From the IMG/VR virus record IMGVR_UViG_3300024319_000010: DNA of 64,000 nt. The stretch is one strand, 5' to 3'. Under the pieces are notes generated by a model. The model had not been told where the DNA came from and did not search any database. It saw only the letters and a list, made by a program, of their open reading frames with translations. Shown one piece after another: positions 59,131-64,000 of the stretch. Position 1 is the first letter of the stretch; the number at the start of each line of letters is the position of its first letter. Origin of the DNA: an uncultured virus (IMG/VR IMGVR_UViG_3300024319_000010). Its lineage: Duplodnaviria; Heunggongvirae; Uroviricota; Caudoviricetes; Crassvirales. Made by a program: the position numbers and the translations under genes.

Positions 59131-59280
59131 TTACTCTTCTATGATCACTAAACCTTTAAGTTCGCCAGTACATGAATAAATGATTTCTATATCTACATGA
59201 ACTTTAGCTTGCTTCTGTTCGAATACTACTTTAATGTGTCCTGCTGATGCACTTACGTTAAGTAGTGACCAATCCTCCAT
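59131..59280 (-). CDS. Small hypothetical protein (49 aa)
   Basis: Hand-translated MEDWSLLNVSASAGHIKVVFEQKQAKVHVDIEIIYSCTGELKGLVIIEE; its stop abuts the repL-like ATG. Confidence 0.5.
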   Translation of the reverse strand: MEDWSLLNVSASAGHIKVVFEQKQAKVHVDIEIIYSCTGELKGLVIIEE

Positions 59281-59284
59281 GATT

Positions 59285-59292
59285 CAAAAATA
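59285..59292 (-). promoter_or_regulatory. Bacteroidota -7 promoter box TATTTTTG heading the minus-strand block
   Basis: TTTAG-TATTTTTG, same extended context as 46685-46697. Confidence 0.6.
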
Positions 59293-59352
59293 CTAAAAAT
59301 TTTTCTTGCAGATGTCATTTGTGTTTGTTATATTCTGGTTTGTTCATAAGTT

Positions 59353-59396
59353 AGGTACACCTCAGTCACCTTTAAGGTACATGTCAGTCACCTTTA
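59353..59396. repeat. Two tandem 22-bp iteron-like repeats
   Basis: AGGTACACCTCAGTCACCTTTA / AGGTACATGTCAGTCACCTTTA (20/22 identical). Confidence 0.85.
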
Positions 59397-59503
59397 AATC
59401 ACCTCAACATACTATATCTTAGCGCATTAACCTCTTTTCTATTATCATTATATAGTATTTATGTGCTTTATAATATTTATGTTTATTATATTTATACAAA
59501 GTA

Positions 59504-59575
59504 AGCCCCATAGTTAAATGGATATAACAAAACTCTTCTAAAGTTTAGTTCTAGGTTCGATCCCTAGTGGGGCTA
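59504..59575 (+). tRNA. trnR: tRNA-Arg(TCT)
   Basis: Acceptor AGCCCCA/TGGGGCT, D stem GTTA/TAAC, anticodon arm AAACT-CTTCTAA-AGTTT, T arm CTAGG-TTCGATC-CCTAG; no encoded CCA. Confidence 0.92.
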
Positions 59576-59694
59576 CAAAATTCTAAAAAAATTTTTACTA
59601 TCTAAAATTGTGAATGCATATACCACCTAATGTAAACTCCCCCTCCTAAATATGGCGGAGGAACTACCCCGAGCCTTTAAAATCTCACTATATT

Positions 59695-59886
59695 ATGGAA
59701 AATGTATTAACTATTGCCAACGTAACAGACATTCGTCAAGACAAGAACGGACAAGATTATTTCTTAGTAGCCACTTCTGGTTACTTTGATAAAGATGACA
59801 CCTATGTAATGGGTAGATCACTGTTCTTAAGAGATGTGGATAACCACGACCGATTCAAAGTTGGTGGTAAGATAGTGTCTGAGTAG
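59695..59886 (+). CDS. Small early protein, possible mini OB-fold
   Basis: ORF track; RQDKNGQDYFLV resembles the N-terminus of 61380-61919. Confidence 0.65.
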   Translation: MENVLTIANVTDIRQDKNGQDYFLVATSGYFDKDDTYVMGRSLFLRDVDNHDRFKVGGKIVSE

Positions 59887-59891
59887 ATTAT

Positions 59892-59913
59892 GGGGAGCCT
59901 TCGGGTTCCCTTT
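59892..59913 (+). terminator. Hairpin with a cUUCGg tetraloop, probable terminator
   Basis: GGGGAGCC-TTCG-GGTTCCCT-TT just after a stop codon. Confidence 0.7.
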
Positions 59914-59935
59914 AATTGGTCCTGTACTTATTATA

Positions 59936-59972
59936 CAACAACCTACTGTATAAACTCCAACAACCTACTGTA
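59936..59972. repeat. Direct repeat CAACAACCTACTGTA x2, 22-bp period
   Basis: Exact 15-mers at 59936-59950 and 59958-59972. Confidence 0.85.
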
Positions 59973-60151
59973 ATCTCCACCTTACAACATTGTTCTTGTT
60001 GTGTTTACGTTAGGCAGGTCAATACACTGTATAATCCACCCATTTACACACCAACAACGTAATGTACTATTAATTATATAGACATTATTTCACATCACCC
60101 TATAAATACACCTTACAATTCACTCACTAATTAACCCATTAATTTACAATT

Positions 60152-60373
60152 ATGTCAGATCCAATCATTAAAAAGTACAAACATCACATCTTATTAGATA
60201 CAGGTGTAGTATGTGTACACTATCACAACAGTTCAGAAGTCAAGGTCTATAATGACTACAGATCCTTTGCAATTGATCATCCACAACCTGCTTACCAACA
60301 CTCACAGTTTTGGATTAAGGTTAAACAATATCTACAGAGTGTAGGTATATCACGTAATACTACTGCATCATGA
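60152..60373 (+). CDS. Early hypothetical protein (73 aa)
   Basis: ORF track; AT-rich leader. Confidence 0.6.
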   Translation: MSDPIIKKYKHHILLDTGVVCVHYHNSSEVKVYNDYRSFAIDHPQPAYQHSQFWIKVKQYLQSVGISRNTTAS

Positions 60374-60576
60374 AACACACCAAACTAATGCTAGCAGGTA
60401 TCACAACATTTATATTAACATGGCTATTCATAGCAACCGTTGGTTATTTATTATCTAACGATTACACTATCAAACAATGCTTGACAAGTGTTGCTACTAT
60501 ATGGTTCATGTTAATGTTTGGTTGGTTACCTATCGTTCCTGTTTTATCAGATTTAGATAAGAAATATGGACTATAA
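60370..60576 (+). CDS. Early two-TM membrane protein (68 aa)
   Basis: Two hydrophobic helices; ATGA overlap. Confidence 0.65.
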   Translation: MKHTKLMLAGITTFILTWLFIATVGYLLSNDYTIKQCLTSVATIWFMLMFGWLPIVPVLSDLDKKYGL

Positions 60577-60742
60577 CACGGCAGCAATTGAGGCTTTGCG
60601 AAAAGAACTAACAAAGCTTCAGGCTGAGAACAAACAGCTTGAGAAAGAGAATCAATTATTACTCATGTCTACAATCAGACTACGGGAAAAGATAAGTAAA
60701 CTTAAACCGACAGTAATATCATCGTCTAACCTTAACATTTAA
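60566..60742 (+). CDS. Early coiled-coil protein (58 aa)
   Basis: Hand-translated MDYNTAAIEALRKELTKLQAENKQLEKENQLL... Confidence 0.55.
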   Translation: MDYNTAAIEALRKELTKLQAENKQLEKENQLLLMSTIRLREKISKLKPTVISSSNLNI

Positions 60743-60745
60743 TCA

Positions 60746-60898
60746 ATGGATACATTTCAACACATAGCAATGAACTTTGCTACAGTACTCTACATAGTGT
60801 GCTTAACAGGATTTGCATTAGTATTTCCTGTTGCACTATTTAGATCAATCAAACAAGTAATAAGAGAAAGAAAAAACTGTCCTGATAACAGAATCTAG
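60746..60898 (+). CDS. Early single-TM protein (50 aa)
   Basis: Hand-translated MDTFQHIAMNFATVLYIVCLTGFALVFPVALFRSIKQVIRERKNCPDNRI. Confidence 0.55.
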   Translation: MDTFQHIAMNFATVLYIVCLTGFALVFPVALFRSIKQVIRERKNCPDNRI

Positions 60899-60915
60899 TG
60901 AGATAGATAAGTTAT

Positions 60916-60945
60916 GAGAGTGGGTCAGGCTGCTCTCTATTTTTT
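60916..60945 (+). terminator. Intrinsic terminator
   Basis: GAGAGTGG-GTCAGG-CTGCTCTC followed by TATTTTTT. Confidence 0.6.
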
Positions 60946-60972
60946 AATCAATTTTTAAATCAATAAATAACA

Positions 60973-61200
60973 ATGTTTGCAAAACTTCCGGAAGACACCA
61001 TTCTTCAGAGCATAGAGACAGGACGTTTCAGTGTTTTAAAATTGGACAACGACAACAGGTATACACAGCTTATGCAGGTGTATCCTAAATCATGGCACTC
61101 ACACATTAAACAGGCATTTAGAATGCAGTGTGAAGAAATGATTAGCGAGTTAGTAACATACTCTAGTAATTTCAAGAATCAATTAGTCTTGTCAGTATGA
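60973..61200 (+). CDS. Early hypothetical protein (75 aa)
   Basis: ORF track. Confidence 0.6.
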   Translation: MFAKLPEDTILQSIETGRFSVLKLDNDNRYTQLMQVYPKSWHSHIKQAFRMQCEEMISELVTYSSNFKNQLVLSV

Positions 61201-61313
61201 AGAGAGTGTTAGTTCTATTAATTCTATCATTAGTACTAGGTGCTTGTGGTAGTACAACGTCATGCACAACCAAGGCGACTAATCGTGGTGGTGGATATTA
61301 TATTAACAGATAA
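61197..61313 (+). CDS. Micro-lipoprotein (38 aa)
   Basis: Hand-translated MKRVLVLLILSLVLGA-CGSTTSCTTKATNRGGGYYINR; lipobox LGAC; ATGA overlap. Confidence 0.6.
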   Translation: MKRVLVLLILSLVLGACGSTTSCTTKATNRGGGYYINR

Positions 61314-61379
61314 GTATTTGGCTAACGGTTCTGCCTAAGTAATAAGAACCATTTATAAATCAATAAAATACAATTAATT

Positions 61380-61919
61380 ATGGTACGAGTACAATCAACA
61401 TCAGAAGTTTATCAAGATACTAATGGTAAGAACTTCAAAGTAGTAACGTTAGAATCTCCAGGTTTCAGAGAAGTAGCTGATCCAATGACAGGAGAAATAG
61501 TTTATGCATTAGCAGCACCTAAAGTCACAAAGAAATGTGTGTGGGAAGCATCGTATTTAGATGAATCAAAACACTATCTTTATGACGCGACAAGTGGTCA
61601 AGCGGTTTACGGTACAATTGTAACAGCTCAAACAGATGAGTATACAATTACGGGAAGCGACGGTGTAGAGAGAACAGTTAGCACTTACACTGGTTTCGTA
61701 GAAGGAACTAATGAAGATGCAAACTTTGAGTCTCTTATCTCAACAATGCTAAGATCTGCTGGACGTGAAACTCCAGAGAATGCTATTCCAAAGCAAGAGA
61801 TTGCTAAAGAGCATATTGCTGCTACAAAAGCAGGAGAACAGATCGACATGGTCAATCAAATCGATGAGTTAGCTAAAGTTTCTGTAGAGGAAGCTGGAGA
61901 CATTGAAGACCAATTCTAA
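61380..61919 (+). CDS. Putative single-stranded DNA-binding protein
   Basis: Beta-rich N-terminal region; acidic tail ending EEAGDIEDQF; upstream of the DNA polymerase. Confidence 0.5.
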   Translation: MVRVQSTSEVYQDTNGKNFKVVTLESPGFREVADPMTGEIVYALAAPKVTKKCVWEASYLDESKHYLYDATSGQAVYGTIVTAQTDEYTITGSDGVERTVSTYTGFVEGTNEDANFESLISTMLRSAGRETPENAIPKQEIAKEHIAATKAGEQIDMVNQIDELAKVSVEEAGDIEDQF

Positions 61920-61928
61920 TTACTAACC

Positions 61929-61965
61929 GAGAGGGGTGTCACACATCGTGATGCCTCTCTTATTT
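61929..61965 (+). terminator. Long hairpin, probable terminator
   Basis: GAGAGGGGTGTCAC-ACATC-GTGATGCCTCTCTT stem with G-U pairs, after a stop codon. Confidence 0.65.
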
Positions 61966-61981
61966 ATAAAACTACAACATT

Positions 61982-62197
61982 ATGAACGAATTATTTGATT
62001 ACTGTGTAGAATTCCTACACTGGCTGAAACCATACTTTGGTATGAGTTACCAAGAAATAAACATTTGGATATTTATTATTATTGAGCCTATCATATTCTT
62101 TGTAATGTGTTGGTACATAATAAAACTTAAAAGAACGAACAAGAGTTTGCTGTTAAATATAAGGGTATTTGAACAGAAACTTAAACAATATAATTAA
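61982..62197 (+). CDS. Small membrane protein (71 aa)
   Basis: GMSYQEINIWIF followed by a TM helix. Confidence 0.65.
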   Translation: MNELFDYCVEFLHWLKPYFGMSYQEINIWIFIIIEPIIFFVMCWYIIKLKRTNKSLLLNIRVFEQKLKQYN

Positions 62198-62214
62198 ATT
62201 AACAGCAATAAGAT

Positions 62215-62517
62215 ATGTCAGAACTATTTATTACAAACACCAAACGGTCAGGAAGACCAAGAAGAAACTATACAAGAGGACCATTGACAAACGCAGAGAA
62301 GCGATATGCTCATAAGTTCGTAGATAGTATGGTTAGAGATCAACAACGTTTTAGTGTAATAGAGTTGCAAAGCACGATGTATGCTATAACCGGTAAGATT
62401 AGAAGCACAGACACTATTATTAAAATGGTTAATGCGTTTCTAGATGATCCTAAAACAGGATACAAACCAAGCTGGTTCAAAAAGCAAGCAACTAAACTAT
62501 TAAACCTAATAAGATAG
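62215..62517 (+). CDS. Basic hypothetical protein, possibly DNA-binding (100 aa)
   Basis: KRSGRPRR basic motif and helical body. Confidence 0.6.
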   Translation: MSELFITNTKRSGRPRRNYTRGPLTNAEKRYAHKFVDSMVRDQQRFSVIELQSTMYAITGKIRSTDTIIKMVNAFLDDPKTGYKPSWFKKQATKLLNLIR

Positions 62518-62519
62518 CT

Positions 62520-64000
62520 ATGAATTATTTGATAAGTAACAACCCTGAGCAGAAAGTATATGATGGTTTAATATTAACCACTCTTGAAGAAATAATTCCA
62601 CATCTCAAAGCACAGATAATTGTTGGTTTCGACACAGAGACAACAGGGTTAAGATTTGACAGTGAAGAGTTGTTACTTGTTCAAATATCATCGAAGGAAC
62701 ACAACTATCTTATAGATGCACAATCAGTTGACTTACAGCCTATTAAAGGGCTGTTTGAATCAACACGTATAATTAAGATAGCGCACAATGTTAAGTTTGA
62801 CTACAAGTTTCTAAAGTTCAACGGTATTACATGTGAGAATACATATGATACTATGCTTGCGGAACAAGTATTAAACTGTGGCAAGACAAGCTTGCGTAAT
62901 TCATTGAAAGATCTGCTTGAAAGATACTTAGATATATTTATAGATAAGAAAACAAGATCATCGTTCATAGGACACAAAGGTACGTTTAGTAAAGCGCAGT
63001 TGTTCTATGGTATTGATGACACGTCTAATCTAATCAAGCTTAGAGAACTACAACTAGAGAGCATCAAAGATTTACAGCTTGAAGAGGTAGTTCAATTGGA
63101 GAATGATGCAGCATTAGCATTTGCTGACATAGAATACAACGGTATTTATCTTGACAAAGACAAGTGGGAAGAGAATTATAACACTGTTAAAATAGATCTT
63201 GACAATGCAATAGAAGAATTAGATATGTTTATTGAACATGATCCTACTTTTAAAAAGCATAAGCTACCTTTTTTACAGATGGATATGTTTAAGCCTATTG
63301 AGGAGATACGTAAAACAGATATACTATGGTCTTCACCAGCACAAGTACTTGATTTATTTCGAACTGTATCACCTCTATTAGAGAGTGTTAACGGTAAGTT
63401 ACTGTTAATGCACACTGAAGATCATCCTATTATAAGTAAGTACATTAAATATAAAGAAAAAGCAAAACTTTACAACGCCTATGGTCCTGATTTCTATAAG
63501 TATCTACATAACGATGGATGTGTCCACACAAACTTCAAACAAATACTTAATACGGGTCGAGTTAGTTCGTCTAAACCTAACATGCAACAGATACCTGCCT
63601 CCAACTCGTATAGAAATGCCTTTACTCCTGGACACAAAAGCTGGGTGTTTGTATCATCCGATTTTTCTTCGCAAGAACTATGTATTATTGCCTACGGATC
63701 ACAGGATCCAGTATGGCTTGATGCACTTAAAGAAGGGAAAGACTTGCATTCCATATGTGCTGACTTAATATTTGGTCAAGTATGGCGTGATGCAGAAGGA
63801 GATGATAAAGAACGTAAACGTCTACGTACTGCTGTAAAAGCAATTAACTTCGGTCTTGCCTATGGTATGTCAGAGTTTAAACTTGCCGATACATTGCAGA
63901 TTACAGTGGAAGAAGCTAAAGAGATGATAGACAAGTATTTTACTGTGTTTCCATCTATTAAAAAGTTTCTTACACAGCTGGGTAACTTCGGTAAAGACAA
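62520..64000 (+). CDS. polA: Family A DNA polymerase with a 3'-5' exonuclease domain, truncated at the window edge
   Basis: ATG at 62520; ExoI FDTETTG, ExoII HNVKFD, ExoIII YGIDD; TGRVSSSKPNMQQIP; motif A DFSSQEL; DLH; motif B RTAVKAINFGLAYG. Confidence 0.95.
   Translation, partial: MNYLISNNPEQKVYDGLILTTLEEIIPHLKAQIIVGFDTETTGLRFDSEELLLVQISSKEHNYLIDAQSVDLQPIKGLFESTRIIKIAHNVKFDYKFLKFNGITCENTYDTMLAEQVLNCGKTSLRNSLKDLLERYLDIFIDKKTRSSFIGHKGTFSKAQLFYGIDDTSNLIKLRELQLESIKDLQLEEVVQLENDAALAFADIEYNGIYLDKDKWEENYNTVKIDLDNAIEELDMFIEHDPTFKKHKLPFLQMDMFKPIEEIRKTDILWSSPAQVLDLFRTVSPLLESVNGKLLLMHTEDHPIISKYIKYKEKAKLYNAYGPDFYKYLHNDGCVHTNFKQILNTGRVSSSKPNMQQIPASNSYRNAFTPGHKSWVFVSSDFSSQELCIIAYGSQDPVWLDALKEGKDLHSICADLIFGQVWRDAEGDDKERKRLRTAVKAINFGLAYGMSEFKLADTLQITVEEAKEMIDKYFTVFPSIKKFLTQLGNFGKD

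Noticed and set aside
59535..59541. Possible amber-suppressor tRNA (CTA in the loop) and stop-codon recoding, as in some crAss-like phages
   Set aside because: The 7-nt loop CTTCTAA centres on TCT. TAG ends several genes (46803, 54192, 57985, 59886, 62517), TGA ends others, and long genes are intact in code 11.
59353..59972. Mini CRISPR array
   Set aside because: Each repeat occurs only twice with a 22-bp period, leaving no spacer-sized unique sequence; no cas genes are present.
63176..63768. ORF-track entries 63176-63415 (-) and 63481-63768 (+)
   Set aside because: Both lie inside the polA reading frame, which the track missed because it runs off the window.

Overview
This window is a 64-kb segment of an AT-rich crAss-like (Crassvirales-type) podophage genome read in the standard genetic code. 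The probable host is a Bacteroidota/Flavobacteriia cell, inferred from TAnnTTTG promoter boxes, AT-rich starts without Shine-Dalgarno motifs and Bacteroidota-type fibre repeats. Bases 1-59280 are one minus-strand block. In transcription order it holds RepL-like and HU-like DNA-binding genes, a Tad1-like protein, terminase, portal, major capsid, ring and auxiliary capsid genes, and a metallophosphoesterase. It continues with a large fibre/adhesin module, an M15 endolysin, the tail tube, a split muzzle gene, a micro-gene/holin cluster and three cargo proteins. It ends in a giant virion RNA polymerase that runs off the left edge and is missing from the ORF track. The divergence region (about 59280-60150) holds 22-bp repeats, an AT-rich tract and tRNA-Arg(TCT). 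The plus strand then carries small early genes, an SSB-like gene and a family A DNA polymerase that runs off the right edge. The most unusual observations are a diverged Tad1-like sponge, an apparently rewired tandem FN3 pair and a muzzle gene split by a Calx-beta/vWA insertion. Others are a candidate -1 frameshift between cargo genes, a RepL/iteron origin candidate, a clamp-binding motif in PolA and an identical 28-nt leader on two capsid genes. All family assignments come from motif recognition by eye; no database search was run.
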